A stretch of DNA of 64,000 nucleotides, taken from positions 896,001-960,000 of the forward strand of contig CAVTRN010000001.1 of the NCBI GenBank assembly GCA_963737155.1, in the 5' to 3' direction. Of the stretch, positions 37,400-47,601 are shown one piece after another; positions within the stretch are counted from its first letter, which is position 1; the number at the start of each line of letters is the position of its first letter. The DNA is from Nitrospirota bacterium (GTDB lineage: Bacteria; Nitrospirota; UBA9217). Position numbers and translations under genes: made by a program. The notes beneath the pieces were generated by a model. The model was not told the DNA's origin. It saw only the letters and a list, made by a program, of their open reading frames with translations, and made no database searches.

Positions 37400-38080
37400 A
37401 TGTCCGCAACCCCCAAGGAGTTCGTAGAAATCGCTTCGGTTCTTGTCAACCCTGAGATATTCACTCGTCCTTATACCTGCGACGTGGAAAAATATGGATG
37501 CAAATCCATGTGCTGCTACCGTTCCTGCATCGTTCCGCCCGCGGAGGCGAAAAAAGTGGAGCAGCATCTCGATGGAATCCTTGCCTACCTGTCTCCGGAG
37601 AATCGGGAGGCGGTAAAAAAGAACGGGTCGATCCTTGGAAATTGCACCACCCAGTGCCCTGCGGGCTGCGTGATTCATGAAGATGAGGCCCAGGCTATTC
37701 GCAGGAACTTCGGTGGTCAGGATTTCCGCTGTGTGCTCCTGTTCAATAACGACTGTGCCCTGATTTACACCAATAAAGAAGGCATGAGATACTGCAGCGT
37801 TCACAGCTATGCCATAGAAAAGGGCATGGTCTGGGAGGAGTTCAAGTTTGCTGACTGCGTCCAATACCCCTTGGCCTTCTATTTCAGCGATGAAGGCAAA
37901 AAAGTGCTTTCCATCCAGGATACGCCCTACCTGAACCATATCAAATGTATGACGGAACCGTCGGGAGAACCTATGTACAGGAGTCTCAGGAAGACAATCG
38001 AGACTTTCATGGGAAGGGACTTCTACAAAGAGCTGGAAACCTATGCAAAAAGGAAACACCTCTACCCCAGCCGCTCTTAG
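37400..38080 (+). CDS. Cys-rich DUF3109/YkgJ-like metal-binding protein
   Basis: 'C..GCKSMCCY', 'CALIY..RYCSVH..K..DCVQYPL'; SD GGAGG. Confidence 0.7.
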   Translation: MSATPKEFVEIASVLVNPEIFTRPYTCDVEKYGCKSMCCYRSCIVPPAEAKKVEQHLDGILAYLSPENREAVKKNGSILGNCTTQCPAGCVIHEDEAQAIRRNFGGQDFRCVLLFNNDCALIYTNKEGMRYCSVHSYAIEKGMVWEEFKFADCVQYPLAFYFSDEGKKVLSIQDTPYLNHIKCMTEPSGEPMYRSLRKTIETFMGRDFYKELETYAKRKHLYPSRS

Positions 38081-38384
38081 AGTCTTCCCCGGTCATATGA
38101 CTTTCGCAAGACCGTGGCTGCCGGATGGTCGGTAAAAAAACCTGCTATTACCTTTCATGGCGCGTCGAAAACTCATTCAAGTGTTCTGGTCAAGGCCGGG
38201 GGCATTGAAATTATCGGTCACAGACCGTTCGCAATGAACTTGCCAATCTAGGCAAAACGTTTTCCAACTAGTCTTTGAGAACTATCTCTTAGTCCCCATA
38301 GGTTCCGCTTTCGTTTTCAGCCTTCGTACTTCGATATATGAATTTTTTCAGCCGGTATCTCGGAGGCTGCTTTTCTGACCATTT

Positions 38385-38730
38385 CATCGCAGCTTGGTGC
38401 ATGAACGAAGAGATTGTTGCCGAGGTAAATGCCGACGTGCGAATATTTTTCCCGTCTTCTTCAAAAAAGAGCAGGCCACTTCTTCGGGCGATGCGCATGC
38501 TCAGAGACTTAGTTACTTTCATCAGAAACTCTGTCCCGAGTGGAGCATCTATCCCGGCGGTGAGGTAGCTGTACCGGAACAGGCTGCTGCAATCGAATCC
38601 CTCGGGGGCTGTTTCCCCGGTAATGGTAGGGGAGAGCGCCGTTCGCGTGGCCTTTTCTCCTGCCGCGCATGAGTAGACTGTTATTGATCTTGAAGGCGCG
38701 AAGCCCAGCCTGATAAAGTGCCAGCACCAA
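38385..38730 (-). pseudogene. Frameshifted NlpC/P60 (C40) peptidase relic
   Basis: 'LPYHYRGNSPRG', 'GFDCSSLFRYSY' and 'KYSHVGIYLGNNLFVHAPS' occur in the right order but are separated by frameshifts. Confidence 0.8.
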
Positions 38731-38931
38731 GCGTAACGATCAAGAAAATTAAAATTGTTCCCCGGTTTGCTCCTTTGTTTTCTGACATGACGTCTAGAGA
38801 AATGAACATCACGGATGATGTCAAAGAAATCGCACGAGACTGTCATGGTCACATGCCGATCTCGCATGATGCGCTCCGAGCAGACCCAGAAACCCCTTGA
38901 CCCCTCCTGAGCAGACTGTTATATTCTGCCT

Positions 38932-40854
38932 ATGATAAGAAATATTACCTTTCAGCCCGACAATGTCACCGTTACTGTAGATGACAATACAAATCTTTTC
39001 AAGGCTGTGAAGGCGGCGGGCCTATATGTTCTTTCGTCGTGCGGCGGCAAGGGCAACTGCGGAAAGTGCAAGGTCGTGATCAAGGAGGGGACTGTCAAGC
39101 CCGGAAAATCCAGCTCCTTCCTGACCACGGAGGAGCAAGGCATGAACTACGTACTTGCCTGCCACTCGACGGTCACCAGCGATCTTATCATCGAAATCCC
39201 GCCGGAGTCCCGCATGCAGGCCAAACACAAGATTGCAACGGGAGAGAAGACGGAGGAGCTTCTGAGGCTCATGCAGGCCGCTGGTGGTTGCCTGGAGTCT
39301 CGCATCAAGCGCATCTATCTTGAGATCACCCCCCCCACAATCGATGACAACATTTCGGACTATGAGCGGCTGCGGCGCGCCCTCGACAACGCGGGTTTCG
39401 ATGCTTCGCACCTGCACATGAGCCACCAGGTTCTTTTCAAGCTCCCGCACGCGCTGCGGGAAGGCGGGTGGAAGGCCACGGTATCCCTTTTTCACGTGGG
39501 CGACGTGCTTGAGGTGCTCGATATCTATCCCGGCGAGGTGACCTATAAACGGTACGGGGCTGCGGTGGACATTGGCACGACCACGGTAGTTGTCTATCTC
39601 GTGGACATGTCAAACGGTTATATCCTCGGTACGGCATCGACCTATAATAGTCAGGTCAAGTTCGGAGACGATGTTATCACGCGTATTGTCTACGCCTCAG
39701 AGCGCAACGGTTTGCGGGAACTCCAGGAACTGGTAGTAGGGAACATCAATTCGATGCTCGCCGAGCTGGCCGAGAAAAACAACGTTCCGCCCGGGATGGT
39801 CGATTATATCGTTGTTTCCGGTAATACGACGATGGAGCACCTGTTCTATGGCATCGATCCGCAGTTTATCCGTGAGGAGCCCTATATCCCGGTGGCAGCC
39901 TTTTTCCCGCTTGTCCGGGGCAAGAGCGTTGGGTTCCAGCTCGACCCCCAGGCCATGGTCTATTCGATGCCCAATGTGGCCAGTTACGTGGGCGGCGATA
40001 TCACCGCCGGGGTGCTCGTGTCGCAGATGCACAAGCAGGAGAGTGTATCGCTCTTCATCGATGTGGGCACCAACGGCGAGATTGTGCTTGGGAACAAGGA
40101 CTGGCTTGTGACCGCGGCATGCTCGGCCGGCCCGTGCTTCGAAGGGAGCGGCATCAAGTATGGCATGCGTGCCATGGAAGGTGCTATCGAGGAAGTCGAA
40201 ATCGACTCCAAAACGCTTGATGTGAACTACCGCGTCATCGGCGATGTGAAGCCCATCGGCATTTGCGGTTCAGGCATGATCGATATTCTCGCCGAGATGT
40301 ATTTGAACGACGTCATTGACCAAAAGGGCAAGATCAGGGAGGAGCTGGGTTCCAAACGCATCCGCCACGGTGAGAGCGGACTAGAATTCGTGCTCGCGTG
40401 GCGCATCGAGAGCGCCATTAACAAGGAAATAGTGATCACGGAAGTGGACTTGGACAACCTCATCCGCGCGAAAGCCGCGATATATGCTGGCTTTGCAACG
40501 CTGATTGCGCACATGGGCATGAAATTTGGGGATCTTGATAAACTTTTTATCGCCGGCGGGTTTGGCCGATATATCGATGTGGAGCGGGCGATTACGATCG
40601 GAATGCTACCCGATCTGCGAATCGAGAAATTCCAGTTTCTCGGCAATACGTCTATCATGGGCGCCTACTACGGTCTTCTGTGCGACCGTCTGCGGCATGA
40701 GGCGGAGGAGATTGCTAAGAAGATGACCTATATCGAGCTATCCGTCTCGCGTAGCTTCATGGATGAGTACATGTCGGCGCTCTTCCTGCCGCACACGGAT
40801 ATGAATGCTTTCCCGACTGTGAAGAAGGAACTAGAGGAGCGCAAGAGGCAGTAG
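38932..40854 (+). CDS. Second RACE/RACo corrinoid reactivase (AcsV/Orf7-like)
   Basis: CGGKGNCGKC..LAC, DIGTTT, 'YVGGDITAG', DVGTNGE, 'ACSAGPCFEG', GICGSG, 'YMSALFLPHTD'. Confidence 0.93.
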   Translation: MIRNITFQPDNVTVTVDDNTNLFKAVKAAGLYVLSSCGGKGNCGKCKVVIKEGTVKPGKSSSFLTTEEQGMNYVLACHSTVTSDLIIEIPPESRMQAKHKIATGEKTEELLRLMQAAGGCLESRIKRIYLEITPPTIDDNISDYERLRRALDNAGFDASHLHMSHQVLFKLPHALREGGWKATVSLFHVGDVLEVLDIYPGEVTYKRYGAAVDIGTTTVVVYLVDMSNGYILGTASTYNSQVKFGDDVITRIVYASERNGLRELQELVVGNINSMLAELAEKNNVPPGMVDYIVVSGNTTMEHLFYGIDPQFIREEPYIPVAAFFPLVRGKSVGFQLDPQAMVYSMPNVASYVGGDITAGVLVSQMHKQESVSLFIDVGTNGEIVLGNKDWLVTAACSAGPCFEGSGIKYGMRAMEGAIEEVEIDSKTLDVNYRVIGDVKPIGICGSGMIDILAEMYLNDVIDQKGKIREELGSKRIRHGESGLEFVLAWRIESAINKEIVITEVDLDNLIRAKAAIYAGFATLIAHMGMKFGDLDKLFIAGGFGRYIDVERAITIGMLPDLRIEKFQFLGNTSIMGAYYGLLCDRLRHEAEEIAKKMTYIELSVSRSFMDEYMSALFLPHTDMNAFPTVKKELEERKRQ

Positions 40855-41423
40855 AGGGCGAGGGATACGTTGCAACCTACGCGCCCCGCTGTTTATTCCC
40901 CTAATTCTATTATCATGCGGTAAGTCGATGGGTACTTGGCCCGCTCGTTTGGTGACGAAGTAACCGTGGAAGTGATCGCAAACACTATATTCGGTATCAC
41001 CATGATGAACAAATATGTATAAGATTCTCGCTAAAATGCGTGACAATATGCGGCGAGGCATTTTACTGTGAATGTTGCAGGTTGGGGCTTCCTGATTGCT
41101 GTGGGATATGTGTTCGGTTTTAAAAGCGGCTATTCCGCCATGCTTCTCGAACCCCTTCTGTATAAGACTATGCATGAAAAAATGGGTTTTGGTAAATAAC
41201 CTACCGCGCCACTGACTCTGCAGGTTTCCGGACCTGACGGGGTTAGGTAACGAGGTCTCGTTGCGCTAGATTCCTTGCTCGCCTACATTATTTTGGGGAA
41301 AGACAAATTATTCAATCGCAACTTACGCGTGCTCTCTCACCCCCGATATCTTTTTCAAAACACCGGGCTAGGAATTTGTTTTGCTCAGCCTGCAGGTTCT
41401 CAGGAATGCAAAATGTGATACAT

Positions 41424-42299
41424 TCAGGCAACATTTAGGAATTGACTCTTATGGGCCACTAGGAACTCCTGAATGGAAATCGGTTTCCTGCCGATAATCC
41501 TTTCCACGTAATGGTTTACGATGTCGCCTTTGCCCTCTGCCCATGTCTTCAAGAGCCTGATCATATTTTCAGCCATCCATGTAGGCATTCCGGATTGAGC
41601 CATTTCCTGCCGTGTTGCATCAAAGCTTACCGCCGAGTATCTAATGGTCTTTCCGCTTACTCTGCTCCATATTGCGGCTATTTCCGAAAAGGTCAACGAT
41701 TCTGGACCGCTAAGAACATAGGTGGTCCCGAGATGCCCCCCGTCAATCAGGATTCTGGACGCCACGGACGCGATATCCTGTAGAGCGATCGGAGCGATCC
41801 TAGCATCGCCGAGAGGAGAGAAGAGAACGCCGTTCCTGGTCACGGATTCGCTATTCACGAGGAGGTTGTCCATAAAGAAGTGCGGATGGAGGAAAGTATA
41901 GGCTATCCCAGTTTTTCTTATGTAATTCTCGATCTCCGCATGGTCTCGTAACAGCCCCACCGGAGAGTTCTCCCCTGTTCCCAGCGCGGATAGCTTTATA
42001 ATATGCTTTAACCCCGTCAGACGCGCCATATTCACAAAATTTGACTGGAGCTTTACCATGTCCGGCGAGGCGGGAGACACCAAGTAGGCTTTATGGATGC
42101 CACTCAGGGCCTCCTCAAGAGATCTCGTGTCGCTGTAATCAGCCTCCACAAGCTCAACTTCCTTCATATTCTCGAACATCTTTTTTTTCGCTTTTGTATG
42201 GACCAGCGCCCGGACTGGCACTCCAGCAGATGCCAATTCGCTCACAATGGGAAATCCTGTTTTACCGCTTGCGCCGGTTACCAAAATGACCGGTTTCAT
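41424..42299 (-). CDS. NmrA-like atypical SDR oxidoreductase
   Basis: 'ILVTGASGKTG', 'HIIKLSA', 'FFMDN', 'DIASVA', 'LSGPESLT'. Confidence 0.88.
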   Translation of the reverse strand: MKPVILVTGASGKTGFPIVSELASAGVPVRALVHTKAKKKMFENMKEVELVEADYSDTRSLEEALSGIHKAYLVSPASPDMVKLQSNFVNMARLTGLKHIIKLSALGTGENSPVGLLRDHAEIENYIRKTGIAYTFLHPHFFMDNLLVNSESVTRNGVLFSPLGDARIAPIALQDIASVASRILIDGGHLGTTYVLSGPESLTFSEIAAIWSRVSGKTIRYSAVSFDATRQEMAQSGMPTWMAENMIRLLKTWAEGKGDIVNHYVERIIGRKPISIQEFLVAHKSQFLNVA

Positions 42300-42711
42300 A
42301 GTTACACCTCTTTCCCGCAACTATAGCGCATAGTTTTCATTCCTTTACATTAATTATAGCGCTCTTTTGATATGAGTGTATGACCCCTAGGGCGAGGATG
42401 AATTGCACAGCGATAGAGGCAGGATTTATTCACGAGAGGGGTCCGTTATCGGTTTCGGCAGCAGGATTGGCTAAACAGCTATTGCTTCCCGCTGCTGTTA
42501 AGAAGGGGGGCTTGAAATTATCCACAGCAGGATCCGCGACAGGAGCTTTAGGCCTTGAAACGAATATTAACCGCGTTCCGTACCGACCCAATTTACTCCT
42601 TCAGCATGGATCACATGCGGGGAACATCTATTCAAGTAGTAGCGCTGTAAGGATGAGGGCAAACCTAACGCGTCAAGGCATCAAAGCCCCTTTAAGGGGG
42701 GGCTTCATCGC

Positions 42712-43608
42712 TTATACCGATACCTTTTGAATGAACCTTCTCAACCCTTCATGAAATCTAATTGGTTCGACGCCGAAGGCGTCGCGAATATCTCGCAATC
42801 CGCAGACATTGTCCTCCTGAAGCATGATCAGCTGGTCCGTGGTAAACGGCGGCCGGGAAAGAACTGATTCAAGTACACGCGCGGCGGTCCTCATGAAAAA
42901 AAGCGGCATGTGGAACATCGGCCGCCTTACGCCCAGGATGTCAGCTATAGCGATGGTTACTTCCTCGTAGGTCAACTGTTCCGGTCCGCCGATTTCGTAC
43001 ATTTCATTCAGGTATGAGTCGCTCGTTATGGCTTTCTCGATGCAGGCAGTAACGTCATCTATATAGATGGGCTGGATCCTCGATGTGCCGGAACCGATTA
43101 TAGGCAGAATGGGCGAGAGCCTTATTATTTCGGAGAGCCGGATGGTGAACTGGTCGCCAGGACCGTAAATGAGCGATGGACGAAGAATGGTGAAGGGGAT
43201 AGATCCTGTGCGCACAAGTTCTTCGGCTTCCCACTTTGTCCTGTGGTAGGCGCTTTTTGCTCCGGGCCGCGTGCCTAGCGCGCTTTGAAAAAAGAAATGA
43301 GGGACTCCCGCTTTTTTCGCCGCGTTCAGTACGTTGCGGGTCCCGTCCACGTGAACGCTCTGAAATGTTGCGCCTGCTGTTTCCTGGATAATTCCCACGA
43401 GATGAACAACCCGTTCGCAGCCGCTCATAGCTTTTTCGAGCGATGTCTTGTCGGACACGTCGCCGGGAAAAATGTCAATACCGAGATTATTCAGTTCTTG
43501 AGCCCTGCCAGGATTCCTGACAACTGCACGAACAGGAATATCAGCCTTGCGCAGACGTTTGATAAGGTGGGACCCGACAAATCCTGTTCCGCCGGTAATC
43601 AGTATCAT
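42712..43608 (-). CDS. NDUFA9-like NAD-dependent epimerase/SDR
   Basis: 'ITGGTGFVG', 'HLVGII', 'YHRTKWEAE', 'RPSLIYGPGD', 'QPIYIDDV'. Confidence 0.9.
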   Translation of the reverse strand: MILITGGTGFVGSHLIKRLRKADIPVRAVVRNPGRAQELNNLGIDIFPGDVSDKTSLEKAMSGCERVVHLVGIIQETAGATFQSVHVDGTRNVLNAAKKAGVPHFFFQSALGTRPGAKSAYHRTKWEAEELVRTGSIPFTILRPSLIYGPGDQFTIRLSEIIRLSPILPIIGSGTSRIQPIYIDDVTACIEKAITSDSYLNEMYEIGGPEQLTYEEVTIAIADILGVRRPMFHMPLFFMRTAARVLESVLSRPPFTTDQLIMLQEDNVCGLRDIRDAFGVEPIRFHEGLRRFIQKVSV

Positions 43609-43859
43609 GATGCGTCTCCCTAAAGACGGATAAAATCATGTTACCACAGCCTGCTGAGTAAATCATTAACTTCGTCTCATGTCGCTTGTGCGAACAGAAA
43701 AAATGATAGCTTGCGGCTGTTCCCGCTCTCCGTACCTGGCGTGACGATTTTTTCTAACCGGCTAATGTGCTAAAACAGCGTCGACATTCAGTGACAGGTA
43801 GGCCGCCGATTCGTCGTCATCGGCTAATTCTTCCGCTACCACGAAATGGAAGGTGATCC

Positions 43860-43994
43860 GATTGCCGAGCACCAGATGTTGGCCAGTACAAACGCCCATA
43901 CTCCGATTACGACGTCAATGAAGAACTCCACCGTTGTGGCGTCGTCCCTAATTCAGCCTTTCTTGTAATTCGTTCCGTCGACCTTCAGCGACTT
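43860..43994 (-). pseudogene. Short relic resembling a YeiH/putative sulfate exporter family segment
   Basis: Reads KSLKVDGTNYKKG*IRDDATTVEFFIDVVIGVWAFVLANIWC; TGA lies where the family has Trp (from recall); no full ORF. Confidence 0.45.
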
Positions 43995-44094
43995 CGGTCT
44001 TGACCACTAGTCCAACCAGGCTCCGCTCCTATAGGTTTCTTCGTTTTGAGAAATCAGCAGGAGTAAGTTTCCCTGATAGATAATTTTTTGCTCT

Positions 44095-44859
44095 TCAAGG
44101 ATTGAAAAGCGTATCATCGACGGGCGGGTTGATGATGTATCCGGTCATCGTGATTTCACTAATTTTATTTCCGCTGGCATAGTTTACGATCCTGAAGGGC
44201 AGGAGGACGCCGTCGATGAATCTGAAGTCGCTGTACTCGGAGCTCAAGCTCGTTGACTGCGTTCCTATAACAAAAAAACCGGTGCATTTCAAGATCCGGT
44301 AAGTTTTCGCGTTTATGATCATTTCCATCTCGTTACCCGCACGATCCGTGACCCGGAGAACACGGACAACGGTATTGTTCAGTCTATCCATTCGCAGGTC
44401 GGAGACTGCATAGGTGTGATCAAGCATTCCGTAGGGTTGGTTAAGTTCGTTATATTGGTAGACCATGGCGAGATAGCGGGGGCCGAAGACTTCCTCCATC
44501 GGTGCCTCCGTACCGCGAAACCCTTTTTTTCCGTTTAAAATTCTTTTTTCCGTTGAGTGGCGGTATACGATGTCAACGAACAGTTTTCCATCCCTCCTCA
44601 GAATTCGTTTGTATGATCCTTCATCACCCCGCATGAGCGCGGTTATACGTCCATCGGCCGACACTGACGTGACCTTCGCAAGCCGTTCTCTGCCGCCATA
44701 AGCTTCGATGATATTGTCCGTGATTGTCCGGCCTCCCTGCATCGGCTGATGAACGCATGACGCAGTCATGAAGAAGAGCCCGGCAAGTAGGCATAGAACC
44801 TTCACGGTTGTCCTTCCCTCAATAACGTGATGTTCGGGAATGAGTATGAGTTGGCTCAT
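44095..44859 (-). CDS. Hypothetical lipoprotein (beta-rich, LolA-like)
   Basis: Lipobox-like 'LLAGLFFMTASC'; 'IEAYGG', 'YSDFRFIDGVLLPF', 'INPPVDDTLF'. The start may be GTG 44805. Confidence 0.7.
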   Translation of the reverse strand: MSQLILIPEHHVIEGRTTVKVLCLLAGLFFMTASCVHQPMQGGRTITDNIIEAYGGRERLAKVTSVSADGRITALMRGDEGSYKRILRRDGKLFVDIVYRHSTEKRILNGKKGFRGTEAPMEEVFGPRYLAMVYQYNELNQPYGMLDHTYAVSDLRMDRLNNTVVRVLRVTDRAGNEMEMIINAKTYRILKCTGFFVIGTQSTSLSSEYSDFRFIDGVLLPFRIVNYASGNKISEITMTGYIINPPVDDTLFNP

Positions 44860-45735
44860 GAACGTTCCTCCTGAATCGCTTATCCTCTATTATGACAGCA
44901 GTCCACGAACTGTAATGTATAAGAGAAGTTCCTGCTGACATGGAATGACGCTTGCTCTCATTAAAACGGCGTCAATCATATCCGGTAATACCAATATAAT
45001 AGACATGTATGGCAATAAAATAAAGCATTAAAATGGTCGAATTGCATCAAATGGGTCGGATCAATTGCCATGTTTGTGATAAAAAAAAGGTTTTTTTGGT
45101 TAAGTCACCACGAATATGGGGAATTCACCTGTTCGATTTTTACAGTACTTATCAGGCAAGTCATAATACATTGATAGAATGTGACTTTTATATCTGGCAC
45201 GGAGTATGCTAAATAAATTACAAATGCATTGATAAAACTGATGAGTATTACCTGAACGGTCGGAGGATAATCGATCTTACTACTTGACGAGAAAGGAGCG
45301 ACCGTTGAAATTCCAGAGAGCTGCTCAGTTTTCGTGGCTCTGCAGCGCATGGGAGAGCAACAATAATTAAATAATCGTATAATGGTACTCATCTAGACAC
45401 AGATAATCGGGCCCGGCCAAGGCAAACGAAGACGGAGAGGGGCAACAATTTTATCAGTTCCTGTGCGCCTTGGTGAATGAGTAACTAAGTGAGCTTTCAA
45501 ACGCGGTATGGTTTGGGCCATTGGCCTATGCGCCTTTCCTGCTCGCGGGCCCGTTACCTTTCTCTCCCCTGATGTTGGAAGCATCTGTTTTACCGCTTCC
45601 GGCATTTTTATTTCAGGCGCGATGGTCAATCCGGCATGTGATGCTCGGCCAAGCAGGCCAGAAGAGATTATCCGAGCATTTGAGAAAAATCTTTATCCTT
45701 TCTCTGTGGCCTACCGCTACTCTGCAGCACGATTA

Positions 45736-46206
45736 TTACAGCAATGTGGGAAGACCCTGATATGGGCAGCGAAATTCACCAAATATCGCGTAATTCAGCG
45801 TCAGCTGTTGGCCATGCCGGTAGAGGTCGACGGAAATGTTTTGTTTGCCTCTCAAGTCTTGATAGAGCTTTAGAAATCCGGCCGGGTTGTCAAGGTCTCG
45901 GGAATTGATTCGCATGATTACATCGCCTTTCTGAAGGCCGATCTTTTCATAAATGCTGCCAGGAGAAATTCTACTGATCTGCAGCCCTGTTGTCCCGCCC
46001 TGCTTGAGGCAGGGGACTACGCGCGCCTGCATCAATACATCGTTTATATTCCTGGTGCTCGCAAGCACCATCTTCCTGTCTAATGTTCTCATTGGGGAGA
46101 AGTTCATGGCCTCAATGCTGCTTGAAGTTCCGTTGATCTGAATACTAGTGCTGTTGCAATCAGGAGATCTTCCCGCTATAGCGCACGAGATGATCTGTTT
46201 GTCCAA
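45736..46206 (-). CDS. Orphan GspC-type PDZ domain, possibly truncated
   Basis: 'QARVVP..GLQISRISPGSIYEKIGLQKGDVIMRIN..VDLYRHGQQLTLNY'; no TM or HR domain and no other gsp genes nearby. Confidence 0.55.
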   Translation of the reverse strand: MDKQIISCAIAGRSPDCNSTSIQINGTSSSIEAMNFSPMRTLDRKMVLASTRNINDVLMQARVVPCLKQGGTTGLQISRISPGSIYEKIGLQKGDVIMRINSRDLDNPAGFLKLYQDLRGKQNISVDLYRHGQQLTLNYAIFGEFRCPYQGLPTLL

Positions 46207-46540
46207 GGAAGTATTTTTGCGTCGGTCAGGGCGGAGGGCAGTTTCTGGTCGGTTGTGCGTTGCAGGCAGTGCATAGGGCAGATTTGTATCAAGCTTTTCC
46301 CGGACAATTTTATCTATTGCATAAGCGAGGAAATAGGCTGAAAGGGTTACATTGCAAGTACTATAAGCGTGTGTATCGATATATTCCGTTGCATGGCATA
46401 GGGCCCGGGGAGGTTTTCATGAAGAAACGGATTTACAATGGCATGTTAGGCTAGGCAAGGTGAAATCCGGCATAATCCCCGACTGAATTGCCTACCCTAA
46501 ACGGAACCGATGCAGTGTGGCGTGATGAAAAAAAATTTTG

Positions 46541-47515
46541 TCAGTAAACGGGACTCTTTTGGGTTCTGCGCAGACTTATCGGTATGTATACCGCCTCCGG
46601 ATTCATTCCGATTTTTTCAAGCAGAAGCGTGCTTCTCCACAGGCTGTTTCTCGAACGGGCTCCAAGAACTGCAGTATAGAGAGGCCCTTTTTCCGTGTTG
46701 ATTGCGCAAACGAAGCAGTGCCTTGCCGTTCCAGTATACCCCGTTTTCCCTCCGATGATATTGTCCTGTTGCCAGAGAAGATGATCCGAATTCTCCAGAA
46801 AAATTTCCCTTCCACCGGAAGTCGTAACCAGATATTCTTTCTTGCCCAGGATTTCCCGTATCAAAGGATAGGAGAGCGCCGCTTTCAAAATGAGCGCGAG
46901 ATCGTTTGCAGTCGTATACTGGATCCCCTTCGGGAGCCCCGATGCGTTCGCAAAGAGTGTGTTGTTCGCACCGATCTCTTTGGCTTTGAGGTTCATCAGG
47001 GCCACAAATTCATCCTCCGAACCGGTGGTGGCTTCGGCAAGGGCAACGGCGGCGGCATTTATGGATCTCATCAGTGCGAGATGGAGGAGATCGGAAACGG
47101 TCATTTCCTCATTGGGCCGTAATCTTGGTTGTATGGAACGAACTTTTGCGGCGTCTTTGCTTATGGTCACTTTTGTGCCGGGATTGAGATTGTCGATGGC
47201 CACCATGGCCGTTACCAATTTGACGGTGCTTGCAGGAGCGAGCTTGGCATCGGGGAATTTAGAATAGAGAACCGTGCCGGAGGAATTCATGACGATCGCG
47301 GCTTTTGCCGGGATTCTTTTCTGAGAGCGCGCTGACGCAGCCGCAGCCGGCATGAACAACAGGCATGCGGCAAGATAGAGAACGAGAAAGGGACGTTTCA
47401 ATCCAACTACAAATTTGAGAAAGAATCGAAGGATCATAACAAGGTCCGGCTCCCATCCGGATGTTCTACGAAACGACAAATACGCTGCGGGAATCCTTTG
47501 CCAATGAGCAGCCAT
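46541..47515 (-). CDS. D-alanyl-D-alanine carboxypeptidase/endopeptidase (peptidase S11)
   Basis: SxxK (ASTVK), SxN (SIN), 'NASGL' and KTG motifs; signal peptide. The true start probably lies downstream. Confidence 0.9.
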   Translation of the reverse strand: MAAHWQRIPAAYLSFRRTSGWEPDLVMILRFFLKFVVGLKRPFLVLYLAACLLFMPAAAASARSQKRIPAKAAIVMNSSGTVLYSKFPDAKLAPASTVKLVTAMVAIDNLNPGTKVTISKDAAKVRSIQPRLRPNEEMTVSDLLHLALMRSINAAAVALAEATTGSEDEFVALMNLKAKEIGANNTLFANASGLPKGIQYTTANDLALILKAALSYPLIREILGKKEYLVTTSGGREIFLENSDHLLWQQDNIIGGKTGYTGTARHCFVCAINTEKGPLYTAVLGARSRNSLWRSTLLLEKIGMNPEAVYIPISLRRTQKSPVY

Positions 47516-47601
47516 GGTACTCTCGGAAATATATACAGTACTTGTCGGTTTTTGTAAAGCTAAAAGAGCAATGTAGCAAAAGGGAAACGTTTCAGCTATG
47601 A

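Noticed and set aside
37070-38059. 329-aa minus-strand ORF and other long antisense ORFs (e.g. 14411-15307, 12987-13802, 19835-20620)
   Set aside because: These are shadow ORFs opposite well-supported genes and have no family motifs.
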